Below the pieces are notes generated by a model. It searched no databases and had not been told where the DNA came from. It was given only the letters and a program-made list of their open reading frames with translations. Positions 8,406 to 18,624 of a stretch of DNA of 64,000 nt are shown piece after piece. The number at the start of each line of letters is the position of its first letter. The stretch's first letter is position 1. Source of the stretch: a bacterium (GTDB taxonomy: Bacteria; UBA8248; JACPRG01; G963555815). The position numbers were made by a program, and so were the translations under genes. Where the stretch lies: contig OZ244653.1 in the NCBI GenBank assembly GCA_965218795.1, positions 3,392,001-3,456,000 of the forward strand, in the 5' to 3' direction.

Positions 8406-9873
8406 CGGCGCAGAACAATATCATCATGAATTCGCAGTTTGAGCCTTCCGATTTCTCGCGTCTCAAGGCTTCTCTATGCGTCGATTCAGGATGATTCTTG
8501 CCAGAGAGCCGGCGTAAACCCAAACCAAAGACCATCACACCAATTGATATGAACCAGGCAACGAGGACAGCGATGTTCCGATTCGGAATCAGCGGCCAAG
8601 CCAGGTAGAGCAGAATGTACAAGAAGGCGTGACCGACAAGGATAGCGATAGGGATTCCGATCGATTCCCAACGAGCCTTTCCAGCCTCGATGAATCGACT
8701 GATGGTGACTCCTGCAAGAACTATCAGAAACGGTTCTGTCGGAGAGCGCAACCGGTTATCCGCATAGAAAATGAGGCACACAAGCAAGACGTGAAAAATG
8801 CCGAGATGAATCAACCAGGCCTTTGGGCTTCCTCTCGTCAGCCAAAATCCGACAACCGCCAGAGGCAAAACGGCAGCGAACGTCCAATTAAAACGGTCAT
8901 CGAAACTCGTGAAGAACAGCTTGACCTTTACCGCGTAGAGACGAACCAGAGCTGACAGCGGACTTGTATTGAAGAACTTCAACGCTTCATTGACATAGGC
9001 CGATCGCTTTACCTTGTAATCTTGAATGGAGGTAAGATAACGGTACTCTGGAAAAAGATGGGGTTCGATCCACATTCCAACAGCGTGAGGATTGTTTCCG
9101 CCTAAAAGAACGCGACCGGCAGACGTTCCTGTTAGAGCAAAAGATCCAACCTTCTTGCTGATATAGATTACGTAGGGAGAAATAACGAAAGCCGCTACCA
9201 GGCAGGCCATGACCGAGTACCCGACCAATCGGCTCCGGGTCGCCTTCCCCTCTTTCGACACCCTTCTCCAAAGGGACCAGCAGATCAGAAGGAAAGGCAA
9301 CACGACAATCGTTGGTCTGGTCAAGGCGGCAAAGGCTATCAAGAGTCCTGCCGCCAACCACCTGACAGGTGTATCATATGAACCCGCAAGGATTGCAATT
9401 GACGCCAGGAAAAGAGGGATATACATCATCTCTGAAGAAATAAAAACCGGGCCTCCAAATCCCCGGAAGAGAATCGCAGGAAGATAGATTGCGTAAATTC
9501 CCGCTCCCATGAGACCGGCTCTTTCACAGTCAATCTTTTTCCCCAAGACGTAGATCGTCAAAACCACGGAAGAGCTCAGAATGAGCGCCTGCATCAATTG
9601 GACGACCTTTACCGATTCCCCGAAGACGCCGAACACTCCAGCCAGGAAAACCGAATAAAAGGGGGCACTGTGGCCGATTCCGGGGACGCTTCCCGACAGG
9701 AATGAACGAGCGCCTCCGATGTATATACCCGAATCAGGTCCAGACCAGTCATTCACCCATAGAGTCGCAATGGCTCGGACGAGAAAAGCGCAAACCAAAA
9801 TCAAAAACAGAATTTTGTGGTTCGTTGAATAATTTTTAGTTCTTCGCCACACTCGAATCTTCATCAGCACCAC
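8269..9873 (-). CDS. ArnT/GT39-like (GT-C fold) integral membrane glycosyltransferase; C-terminal tail probably chimeric
   Basis: Many TM segments; PDSGIY, APFYSVFLA, SEMMY, LTRP, GNNP and DNRLRSP motifs. Confidence 0.8.
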   Translation of the reverse strand: MVLMKIRVWRRTKNYSTNHKILFLILVCAFLVRAIATLWVNDWSGPDSGIYIGGARSFLSGSVPGIGHSAPFYSVFLAGVFGVFGESVKVVQLMQALILSSSVVLTIYVLGKKIDCERAGLMGAGIYAIYLPAILFRGFGGPVFISSEMMYIPLFLASIAILAGSYDTPVRWLAAGLLIAFAALTRPTIVVLPFLLICWSLWRRVSKEGKATRSRLVGYSVMACLVAAFVISPYVIYISKKVGSFALTGTSAGRVLLGGNNPHAVGMWIEPHLFPEYRYLTSIQDYKVKRSAYVNEALKFFNTSPLSALVRLYAVKVKLFFTSFDDRFNWTFAAVLPLAVVGFWLTRGSPKAWLIHLGIFHVLLVCLIFYADNRLRSPTEPFLIVLAGVTISRFIEAGKARWESIGIPIAILVGHAFLYILLYLAWPLIPNRNIAVLVAWFISIGVMVFGLGLRRLSGKNHPESTHREALRREKSEGSNCEFMMILFCAASLVWLARGLREPSCLPPRPRPRCVWRPLLSPGPRPRPAPEIPRL

Positions 9874-9970
9874 TCTCCCGTTTCCCGCCTTCGCAGGACC
9901 GTCCCTCCCCCGCTGCGATCAGGACAGACGCAAGCGAGCGGCCATCCGCAATGAGCGTTGCCGAGCTTTT

Positions 9971-10057
9971 CATTCCCGCCCCCGCCGGATACATGCGGGG
10001 ACAGGCTTGGCGGGAACCCAGAATAGTGGACCCCGGCCTGAAGCCTGTCGGGGTGAC
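9971..10057. repeat. REP-like inverted pair (CATTCCCGC...GCGGGAACCCA / TGGACCCCGGC...GGGGTGAC)
   Basis: Same family as 7720-7780 and 40783-40892. Confidence 0.55.
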
Positions 10058-10070
10058 CGATCGAGGGGGA

Positions 10071-11483
10071 TCAAGAAGCTCGACGAGGGCCCCCTATTAC
10101 CGGGGCCTCTCTCAAACCCCGCGCAAGCCACACAAGACTGGCAACATAGAACAATATCATCATGAATTCCAGGTGGAATCTATGCCACGTTAAGTAGAAT
10201 GACCATCCACCCAAAAGGCACTTGTAGACGATGAGCAGAACGAAAAGCAGAGCCATTGCCGGGTTCTTCCTCGACAAGATTATCGCCCCCAGGACGAAAA
10301 GACCATATTCAAGGATGTGCAGAACGTGGCTGAAAGAACTGCCTTTCAGCAAATGAATGAAATCATCGGACTGATAGGACGTATAATTCCAATAGTTTCG
10401 AATATGCTTTGGGGCTTCAGGGGAGTGCAAGAGGGCCGCTGAAAAGCCAATGGGGTGACGGATGAAAGCCGAAGCCAAGTTCTTTGGATCATGGAAATCA
10501 ACCTTCATTTCTGCGAGTTTTGGATGCCTCTGCAAGAAAAGGCTTTGGTTGGCACGGAGATATAAAGGAGTCCACTTCCCCATGACCGAATGGTTTCTTA
10601 TCGTCCAGGGGATAAACACAACGATGAACCCGACAATGAACAAAACCGTCCCCTTGAAATGGGTTGTCCTTGATAAAATCAGCCAAAAGAAGAAAACGGG
10701 AACGAACAGAAAGTAGCCGACACGCACGAAGGTCACTGCGCCGAACAGGCAGCCCGCCAAAAACCCCCGCGATCCGCTGATCGGTTTTTCTGCCAGCAGG
10801 GAGAGAACCGTGAGCTGCATCAGAACGATGCCCAGCCCTTCGGTTCCGATGTAACTTCCATATGCGATGAAATACCCGCCTCCCGCTTGCAGGAAGGCGG
10901 CCAACGTTCCTGCGACTCGTCCGAGCAGGCGTCTTCCGATGATCCAGGTCACAACCAGACAGAGAGAACGCCAAGGGTGATTTGCGCTCCCCACGCAACC
11001 TTGAGGGACGTCCCGAAAACCCTGAAGAGCACGGCGAGGAACAACGGATACCCGGGCTTTTCCCAAAACAAGTCTTCATAAACGGCATCGAAGTTCTTGG
11101 CTGTCGCCGCTGCCGTCCTGAAATAACTGCCCGAGTCCGGCCCGTCCAGATATTGGGGATCCATGGTCTCAGCGGTGTGTTGAACAGCGCGAAATCGAGC
11201 ATAGGCCGCGAACAGGCCAATGAGGAGAATGAGCCACTTTTCGTTTGTTTTTAAAGCTTCGAAGCCCTTGTTCAGAGTCCCGGGAGCGAAAAAGTAAAGC
11301 CCGATCATCACCCACCCGAAAGTCACGGCAAGAAGGCAGTACAGTTCGAGGGCCTTCATGTCGAAGGCCTTCATGGCTGTGTGAGATATGTGTGAGAAGA
11401 GAACGATTCGATACAACGTCAAGGGAAGCCAAGGCCAGGCTGCCGAACACGAGAACCGCGAGAAAAACCCTGAGCCGTTTCAA
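10071..11483 (-). pseudogene. Second ArnT/GT39-like glycosyltransferase, frameshifted at least twice
   Basis: LKRLRVFLAVLVFG (ORF 11169-11609 frame), then GPDSGSY...KPGYPLFLA (10949-11422), then TEGL...VRVG...PWTIRN...WHRFHL (10071-11066). Confidence 0.8.
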
Positions 11484-11921
11484 TAATTGCTCTCGTATGA
11501 TTGACTGTTTCCCTTTGGTTGCCGCATATTGTTTTTCTCGGATGAAAGCATTGCATGGGAGGGCAAATGAAAATGCCCCAGGAAACCCATGTGCGGCTAA
11601 CTGCGCCAATTACCCCGCATCCAACGCAACCACTGCTTCAGGGCATTGGCCAAAAATACTAGCGTAGAACGCGAAAAATCAATCTTTCGCATCGACCCCA
11701 GGTGGAACCGTCGCCCACGGAATGGTCCTCTACAATTTTCTCTTTAGTGCACGACCAGGCCATCTTTACCCTTCTACGGAACGCAGGATGGAATTCACGT
11801 TTGGATGACGAGCGGGCCGCTCCGATTTCGCCGCGCTAGTCCCGGTGGTGCGGGCGGGTCCGCAGGCGGCCGATCTGTCAGCGCGAAACCTGGAAGGACT
11901 ATAAAGTAATGAGGAGAAAAG

Positions 11922-12815
11922 CTAGGGGGCGTTGAGCCTCCCGGGCTGAACCGCCTCGAATTCCGCTTTTTTCACCCTCGCCAGTTCGGACGCCGCTTCC
12001 ATCTCCTCCTGGGTCAGTGAACCCGCCGCCGTATCTCCGGCTACATCGCAAAAACCTGCCTCGAATGCGTCACGGGCCTCATCGTAGCTGACAATGCGTC
12101 CCCCCAGGGCTTCCCTGACCGAGATGGTCTTCTTCCTGAGATTGGCCGCCAGCCTCGCCCGGGCCTCATCGCTGGAGAGCTTGAACAGGGCGCAGAGCTT
12201 GTCGATGTCCAGGTCGAGCGGGATGGACCCGTGCTGGAGGACCGCGCCGCCGCCCCTGCGCTGCGCGCTCCCGACAATCTTTTTCCCTGCGGCCATGACC
12301 TCAAAGGCGGACGTTGACGAAAAGCAGGCCCCGGAACGGTCCCGCGGGTCCACCCGGTAGGTGGAAGGGGCCAATGTGGCGTCCACGCCAAGGTTGCGAA
12401 GCCCCGCCGCCAATCCGAGGCTGATCGCAGCGTAATCCCTCAGAATGGGAGCATGGGGAAGACCGGCAAGCGAGACGGCGGAATTCCCTCCCGGGTTCCG
12501 GGGGACGACGTCCGCCGGTTCCCACGGATCCTCCGGAAAAACGACGCTGTAGGTGAGCTCCACGTCATGGAGCACCGCGCGCCCGCCCGTAGGCCGGCGG
12601 ACCATGGGGATGCCGAGCCGTTCCAGGGCATCCACGTCGATGTCCCGCATGACGGATTGGCCGTAGCCCAGCGACAAGGCAGGCGGGTCCCACGCGAAGA
12701 AGCGGATGGTGGGCGGGCACGCGCCCTTCTGGACACCGCGCCAGAGAACCTCATCCACGGCCATGTTCCAGGCGCCTTCTTGAAAGCCTGTGTTCAACAA
12801 CCGCCAGGTGATCAT
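11922..12815 (-). CDS. lplA: Lipoate-protein ligase A / octanoyltransferase LipM family
   Basis: NMAVDE, VRRPTGGRAVLH, KIVGSAQ and LQHGSI motifs; adjacent to gcvP and gcvH. Confidence 0.9.
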   Translation of the reverse strand: MITWRLLNTGFQEGAWNMAVDEVLWRGVQKGACPPTIRFFAWDPPALSLGYGQSVMRDIDVDALERLGIPMVRRPTGGRAVLHDVELTYSVVFPEDPWEPADVVPRNPGGNSAVSLAGLPHAPILRDYAAISLGLAAGLRNLGVDATLAPSTYRVDPRDRSGACFSSTSAFEVMAAGKKIVGSAQRRGGGAVLQHGSIPLDLDIDKLCALFKLSSDEARARLAANLRKKTISVREALGGRIVSYDEARDAFEAGFCDVAGDTAAGSLTQEEMEAASELARVKKAEFEAVQPGRLNAP

Positions 12816-12903
12816 CTGAATTTCTTCGTATTTTGCTGGACCTTACGGGCTTTTTTGGAGGCGGCGCGCCCTGCCTCAACAATGCCCCCTGGGAATTCCC
12901 GTC

Positions 12904-15900
12904 TCAGGCCGCGCTTCCTTCGAAATCCCGGTGGGCCTGGACGATCCGTTCCCAGATCTTTTTCGTCGCCAGGCCGTCGAGATCGGCAATCGAGACACGG
13001 TTGGGCAGGACCTCGGGCAGGCTCGTGAGAGGCTCGCTCAGGCAGAGATGCTTGTTGGCGGCCAGGTCGTCGATTCGGTCCACGGGCGTGAAATGCGGAA
13101 CCGTCTGGAGGACTTCCGGGTTCTCGTGGACGATTTGATGAATGGCCGTCACGATGTCGGCGAATCGGTCGAGTTCTTCTTTCGAATAGCTTTCCGTCGG
13201 CTCCACCATCAGACCGTAAATCTCGGGGAAAGCGACCGTCGGCGCGTGCAGACCGAAATCCAAAAACAGCTTGCCGATCCGGGAGATGATACTGGATCGT
13301 TTCGTCCCGGAGGCCTCAATCTTCGCAAAGCTCTCCTCGCTCAGCGTCAGGATGAACTCATGCATCCGCGGAGACCCCTCCGCTCCGGCGGGAAGGGTCG
13401 GGTAAAGCCCGCTGAGCTTCTTGAACAGGTACCGGGCGGCGAGGACCGACACGGCGGCCATGCGGCGGATACCGTCTTTCCCCAGCGCCCGGAGATAGGT
13501 GTAACACCGCACCTTGTGGGCGAAGTTGCCGAAATGACGGTGAACCGACCCGATGGATTTGGCGGGTTTCTCGAACCGGAAGCCCTCATCGGTCCGAATC
13601 ACCTGAATCCCCGGCAGGAAATCCACCAGTTTCCCGCTCACCGCCACAAACGCGTCTCCCGGCCCGCCCCCGCCGTGAGGGATCGTCCAGGTCTTATGCG
13701 TATTGTTGTGGACGGCGTCCACGCCGAGCTTTCCGAGGTCCACCCATCCGGCGATGGCGTTCATGTTGGCCCCGTCCATGTACACCAGACCCCCCACGCC
13801 GTGAATCTTGTCGGCCATCTCCTTGAAGCGCGTTTCCAGGAGCCCGGATGTATTGGGATTCGTCACCATCACGCCGCAGATCCGACTGCCGTACTTCTCG
13901 ACGAGATCTTCAAGATGGTCCATGTCCATCTGGCCGGTTGAATCGGCCTCGATCTCGACGACGCCGTATGCCACGCCATCGACGACGCGCGTCTGAAAGC
14001 CGGCGACCGCCGCCGTAGCGGGATTCGTGCCGTGGGCGGTGTGGGGGATGAGGATCACGTCGCGGTTTGTGTCACCGTTGTCCCGGTGATAGGCCTGGAA
14101 CAACTTGATGCCCACCAGCTCGCCCTGAGCGCCCGCGACGGGCTGAGTGGTCACGGCCGCGAGTCCGGTGATGGCCTTGAAGTGCTCCTGGGTGAGGTAA
14201 ATGACTTCCAGCGAGCCCTGGGCGTCCTCGACGGGCGCTTGCGGGTGGAGGTTTCCAAAGCCGGGCAGGGCGGCCGCCCAGTCGTTGATGTAGGGGTTGT
14301 ACTTCATCGTGCAGGAACCCAGCGAGTAGACGTTGTCATCCGGGCTCACGTTCTGCTCCCCGAGGCCGGCGTAGTAATCCTTAAGCGTATCCACGTCGAA
14401 GCGGGGGAGATCGAGAGGAGATTTACGGATGTGCGCTTCAGGAAATTCGGGCGGAACGTTCGACGCAGACGCGGCCTCACCGAACTGAGCCCGGAAAAAC
14501 GCCGCCAGCTTGCCGCAGTCCTCCTCCGTCTGGACGTCGGAGAACGAGACCAACAGATGCTCCCCGCCTGACCCGTCAACCCGGGAAGACACATCCACGC
14601 CGATCTGGATGCCTGCCTGATCCGCTTTCGCAATCAGATCGGAAGCCTCTCCGGGAAGCCGCAGGACGAACTCGTTGAAGAACGGAGTCTCCGGAAAGGC
14701 CAGATCCACCCCCTCCATCGCGCAAAGGTCCCGGGCGGCCTTGGCGGCGCGTTCTCTCGCCGTTCCGCACGCCTCCGCCAGGCCTTCGGCCCCACGCTCC
14801 AGAAGGGCCGCGCCGGCTACGGTTGCGACATAGGCCTGGTTGGAACATATGTTCGACGTCGCCTTTTCCCGCCGGATGTGCTGCTCGCGCGTAGAGAGAA
14901 CAAGCAGGTAGCCGTTCCGTCCTTTCAGATCCTTTCCTTTGCCGACGAACCGGCCGGCCGTCTGGCGAATATCATTCTTGTTCGCTTCCGTGAACCGAAT
15001 GCCGAAAATTCCGAGGCCCGGCCCGCCGTAATTGGGTCCGATGGCCAGATGCTGCCCTTCCGCCACAAACATATCGCTCCCATCGCGCCCGAACTCCCGC
15101 GGAGGCTTCAATCCCCCGGGCCCCATCAGGATCGGATCGACCACGGCGACGCTCTTGACGCCCAGTTCCCTGGCCAGATCGGTGATCTCATCCACATCCT
15201 CCAGGCTGCCGAGACAATTGACGTGGGGGAAACAAATCGCGGAGAGGTTCTCACCAATATCTTCAGCAAGCGCCCGTAGTTCGGGGACCGCTATTTTGCC
15301 GGTTCGGGAACCCAGGGGCTGGACGCTGATTTCCAAGTCGGTGTCCTCCGACATGGTCTTCAAGACTTCCAGATCACCGGGAAAAAGCGAGCCGGCGGCG
15401 ATCGCTACGCTCGATCCCTTCACCAGGCGTTGCGCGCACTTCAGGGCCTCGAACAGCGCCGTGGAGCGGTCATAGAGCGATGCATTGACCGCCTCAAAAC
15501 CGGTGATGGCGGCCACCGCACACTGATAAATCCAGTGGGTAATCAGGCTCCCCTGACTTCGTTCCGGCTGATAAGGCGTGTACGAGGTGGTCAGCTTCCG
15601 AATGCCGAGGGCATACGGGACGATCTCGGCCACTTTGAACTGCTGAAGGCCATCGCCCAGGAAGGAAGGCTTGAGCGCGTTTTTCTGTGAGAGATCGAAC
15701 AGGTGCTGCTGGAGTTCTTCGTAAGAAAGCTCCTCCGGCAGATCCAGATCCCCCTCGAGACGGCAATCCTCAGGGACGTGATCGTAGAGCGCTTCCAGGC
15801 TCTCTACGCCGATCTCCACCAGCATGGCCTGGATATCTTCCTCGCTTGCGGAGATGTAATGACGCTTGAGTTCCCTGGAAAGGCTCGTCGGATCATAGTC

Positions 15901-15975
15901 CAGGGGGGGTACCGCGGTCGGAGGATTGGCCATTCGTCCCGCCTCCAAGGTCAGTTCATCTTTGCGGGAATCCAC
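12904..15975 (-). CDS. gcvP: Glycine dehydrogenase (decarboxylating) P-protein, GcvPA+GcvPB fused
   Basis: YTPYQPERSQG, TREQHIRREKATSNICSNQ, LGSCTMKYNP and HKTWTIPHGGGGPG (PLP lysine). Confidence 0.93.
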   Translation of the reverse strand: MDSRKDELTLEAGRMANPPTAVPPLDYDPTSLSRELKRHYISASEEDIQAMLVEIGVESLEALYDHVPEDCRLEGDLDLPEELSYEELQQHLFDLSQKNALKPSFLGDGLQQFKVAEIVPYALGIRKLTTSYTPYQPERSQGSLITHWIYQCAVAAITGFEAVNASLYDRSTALFEALKCAQRLVKGSSVAIAAGSLFPGDLEVLKTMSEDTDLEISVQPLGSRTGKIAVPELRALAEDIGENLSAICFPHVNCLGSLEDVDEITDLARELGVKSVAVVDPILMGPGGLKPPREFGRDGSDMFVAEGQHLAIGPNYGGPGLGIFGIRFTEANKNDIRQTAGRFVGKGKDLKGRNGYLLVLSTREQHIRREKATSNICSNQAYVATVAGAALLERGAEGLAEACGTARERAAKAARDLCAMEGVDLAFPETPFFNEFVLRLPGEASDLIAKADQAGIQIGVDVSSRVDGSGGEHLLVSFSDVQTEEDCGKLAAFFRAQFGEAASASNVPPEFPEAHIRKSPLDLPRFDVDTLKDYYAGLGEQNVSPDDNVYSLGSCTMKYNPYINDWAAALPGFGNLHPQAPVEDAQGSLEVIYLTQEHFKAITGLAAVTTQPVAGAQGELVGIKLFQAYHRDNGDTNRDVILIPHTAHGTNPATAAVAGFQTRVVDGVAYGVVEIEADSTGQMDMDHLEDLVEKYGSRICGVMVTNPNTSGLLETRFKEMADKIHGVGGLVYMDGANMNAIAGWVDLGKLGVDAVHNNTHKTWTIPHGGGGPGDAFVAVSGKLVDFLPGIQVIRTDEGFRFEKPAKSIGSVHRHFGNFAHKVRCYTYLRALGKDGIRRMAAVSVLAARYLFKKLSGLYPTLPAGAEGSPRMHEFILTLSEESFAKIEASGTKRSSIISRIGKLFLDFGLHAPTVAFPEIYGLMVEPTESYSKEELDRFADIVTAIHQIVHENPEVLQTVPHFTPVDRIDDLAANKHLCLSEPLTSLPEVLPNRVSIADLDGLATKKIWERIVQAHRDFEGSAA

Positions 15976-16123
15976 TTACGTCCACATGCGAGGCGGACCC
16001 ATTGATGGGAAAATGATCGCGAGCTTATCCCACAAAGGTATTGCGCCCCGCGGCCCGCCGGGATTCACATGAGGCCAAACATTCTCGATCATCGATCAGG
16101 GTGCGCCCTCGGCACCTCGGATA

Positions 16124-16513
16124 TCAACTGCTCTCTTCCTGCACGAAATTCTGATAGGCTTCCGCGGAAAGAAGCACATCCAATTCCGATTTGTCCGACA
16201 TCTCGATAAGAAGCATCCAGCCGTTTTCGTAAGGATCGGAATTGATGACTTCGGGGCTTTCCTCCAAAGCACGATTGACTTCCTTCACTTTCCCGGAAAC
16301 AGGGGAAAACAGATCCGAAACAGCCTTGACGGATTCCACCACGCCAAAGGTGTTTCCGGCCTCTACACCCGCTCCTGCATCGGGAAGCTCGACGTAGACC
16401 ACGTCTCCCAGCTGGCTCTGCGCGTAATCGGTGATCCCGACGCGCAGGGTGTCTCCTTGCACAAGGGCCCATTCATGCTCTTTCGTGTACAGAAGCTCTC
16501 CCGGAAATTCCAT
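16124..16513 (-). CDS. gcvH: Glycine cleavage system H protein
   Basis: YTKEHEW, GITDYAQ..LGDVVYVELP and VESVKAVSD (lipoyl lysine). Confidence 0.97.
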   Translation of the reverse strand: MEFPGELLYTKEHEWALVQGDTLRVGITDYAQSQLGDVVYVELPDAGAGVEAGNTFGVVESVKAVSDLFSPVSGKVKEVNRALEESPEVINSDPYENGWMLLIEMSDKSELDVLLSAEAYQNFVQEESS

Positions 16514-16728
16514 CTTTCCTCCCCTTCAGCCGGCCGGCCGCTATCCGGCTGGTTCACGAAATGGAACGGCTCTTCAATGGGGACCTGTCCAGCAAGAAAC
16601 GAAGCGCCACGGCATTTCTCAGGCAGGCACCTCCACATTTTCGAATTTCAATTCTCCACAGCCGTTCAAGCTAATCGTTGCGCTCTGGTCCGTCAAGGGG
16701 TGGTCAAGCTCATCCATACCAACGCGCA

Positions 16729-17889
16729 TCAGCCCTTCGAATCGTCGAGGGCGGCGCCGATCACGGGCTCGGCAGACGCCCGGAGGAGCTCGCCCGTGCC
16801 CCCATTCATCAACGCCAGGGCGCGCGCGTCCCGGAAGAGCCGTTCCGCCGGATATTCCGCCGAGAAACCGTATCCTCCATGGACCTGGATCGTCTCCGAC
16901 CCGGCCTTGAGCGCAGCCTCGGAGGCGAACGATCGGGCCTGGGCAATCCACGGCCGGCAACCTTCCAGCTCCAAGGCCCTCCCTTCCGCTTCAGCAGCGG
17001 CCCGGTAGACCAGCAGGCGGGCCGCCTCCACATCGAAGACCATCTCGGCGATCATCTCTTGAACCAGCTGGAAACTGCCGATAGGCCGGCCGAACTGCTT
17101 TCGCTCCTTGGCGTAATCTCCCGACACGTCGAGGCAGTCCTGAATCAATCCGACTGAGATCGCCGCCAGGAAAAGGTCAGCAAGATGGCGGAGATTTCTC
17201 CATACGCTTTCTCCGGCGTCGAGCCCGGCTGAAGAATCGACGGGACTCGCCTGGAAGGTCCATTGCGCAAAATCGACGGGTCTGAGGCCGAGCTTCCGAT
17301 CCATGGGAGCAACCCCGGCTCCGTCCAATTCGGGCGTCAGGAGAAAACCTTCCAGACCGTCGGCGGATCGGGCAAAAAGGGAGGCCAGACCGGCAGTTTG
17401 GCCGTTCACCACCCAGTCGGCTTCCCCATCGAGCTTCCATCCTTGGCCGGCCCGCCCAACTCGGATTCCGGCGGAAGGCGAACCGCTCTCTTCATTCGCA
17501 AGGGACGCCGGTTCGATCAGGGCCGTGCCAACCGTTTTCCCAGCGGCAATCTCCGGCAGCCATCGGGATCGCTGTTCATCCGAACCACATGCAACCAGAA
17601 TGGCGGGAAGCAGAAAGGCGTGATAGGTCACGGTTACGGCGAGCGAGGCTGAGGCGCGGCCCAACGCCTCGGCCACAATGATTTGCGTGAGGCGGGTGAC
17701 TTCGCTCCCGCCGGCAGATTCGGGAACGGCAAGCCCCAACAGACCCAATTCGGCCATTTGCGCCAGAACGCCTTCGGGGATGGATTCTTTTTCATCCATC
17801 TCCATCAGGATCGGCCTGACCGACTCCTCGCCGAATTGTCCAATCATGTCCCGCAGGAGCTTTTGCTCTTCTGTGTATTCGAACTCCAT
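16729..17889 (-). CDS. Acyl-CoA dehydrogenase family protein (degenerate catalytic motifs)
   Basis: MEFEYTEEQ, ERKQFGRPIGSFQLVQ and IQVHGGYGF...ERLFRDAR. Confidence 0.88.
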   Translation of the reverse strand: MEFEYTEEQKLLRDMIGQFGEESVRPILMEMDEKESIPEGVLAQMAELGLLGLAVPESAGGSEVTRLTQIIVAEALGRASASLAVTVTYHAFLLPAILVACGSDEQRSRWLPEIAAGKTVGTALIEPASLANEESGSPSAGIRVGRAGQGWKLDGEADWVVNGQTAGLASLFARSADGLEGFLLTPELDGAGVAPMDRKLGLRPVDFAQWTFQASPVDSSAGLDAGESVWRNLRHLADLFLAAISVGLIQDCLDVSGDYAKERKQFGRPIGSFQLVQEMIAEMVFDVEAARLLVYRAAAEAEGRALELEGCRPWIAQARSFASEAALKAGSETIQVHGGYGFSAEYPAERLFRDARALALMNGGTGELLRASAEPVIGAALDDSKG

Positions 17890-18008
17890 GCGCTGCTCCT
17901 GACAAGCAGGGCTTTTCGTCTGTCATAGGATGCCTCATACTACTTGTTAACCGGCCCGAAAATCAAAATTACGCAGTGTGAAAGCCGCTTTCCAGCCCTC
18001 CTTCAGGA

Positions 18009-18347
18009 GTGTCTCCATTGACCGACATTGAAAATCCAGTGAAAGGGGGGAACGGGAAACCGGGAACTCCCATGGAGGAAGCCCGCAGGCTCCGCGCGTT
18101 CGGGGAAGACCTGATGGATCGCGGAGAGATGATGGGCGCCGCCGAGACCCTGACCCGGGCCTTGATTCTCTTCCTGCAGATCGATCAGGATGACGAGGTA
18201 AAAACCACGGAACTCTTGCTGACCAAGGTTGTACCGGATATCGGCCCGTTCGCTTATGCAGAAATCCGCCGGACATTGGAAATTGAAATGGGGGTTCGCT
18301 CTCCAGACCCCCCCGAGGGACCAGCACCCAGCCAAGAGGAGCCGTGA
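18009..18347 (+). CDS. Hypothetical protein
   Basis: ORF with upstream AGGA; helical-looking sequence; abuts the RidA-like ORF. Confidence 0.45.
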   Translation: MSPLTDIENPVKGGNGKPGTPMEEARRLRAFGEDLMDRGEMMGAAETLTRALILFLQIDQDDEVKTTELLLTKVVPDIGPFAYAEIRRTLEIEMGVRSPDPPEGPAPSQEEP

Positions 18348-18348
18348 C

Positions 18349-18624
18349 ATGCCCGCGGATCCGGGCGGCCAGACGCGCTCGGCCCTGGAGGGGATGAAGA
18401 AGAGCCTGGAGGAGGCGGGCGCAACCCTTGACGACGTCGTGGAGCGCACCCGCTTTGTCACCGACCTTTTCGATCAGGACGCCATGAATGAAGCGTGGGG
18501 GTGGGGAGGGTACGTTACGGGGAGCAAGCCCACAACCGTAACGGTCCAGGTGGTCAAGCCCGCCACGGACCCGCGGTGCATGGTGGAAATCAGCGCCATC
18601 GCCGTTGTCAACAACGAAGCCTGA
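18349..18624 (+). CDS. RidA/YjgF-family protein, N-terminally short (possible pseudogene)
   Basis: QTRSALE..KSLEEAGATLDDVV...KPTTVTVQV...MVEISAIAV; the first beta-strands of the family are absent. Confidence 0.65.
   Translation: MPADPGGQTRSALEGMKKSLEEAGATLDDVVERTRFVTDLFDQDAMNEAWGWGGYVTGSKPTTVTVQVVKPATDPRCMVEISAIAVVNNEA

Noticed and set aside
8371-10169. 63-bp diverged repeat near a tail-fibre gene as a DGR template/variable repeat pair
   Set aside because: Mismatches are not confined to adenines, the repeat is not in the fibre C-terminus, and the window has no reverse transcriptase.
12931-15869. Long overlapping antisense ORFs here and across other core genes (for example 30132-31361, 41927-43138, 45064-46578, 48703-50022)
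   Set aside because: Typical high-GC shadow frames opposite well-supported genes.
16514-16728. Glycine riboswitch or gcvT remnant upstream of gcvH
   Set aside because: No GGAGA...CCGAAG...CUCUCAGG arrangement on the coding strand and no convincing GcvT C-terminus.
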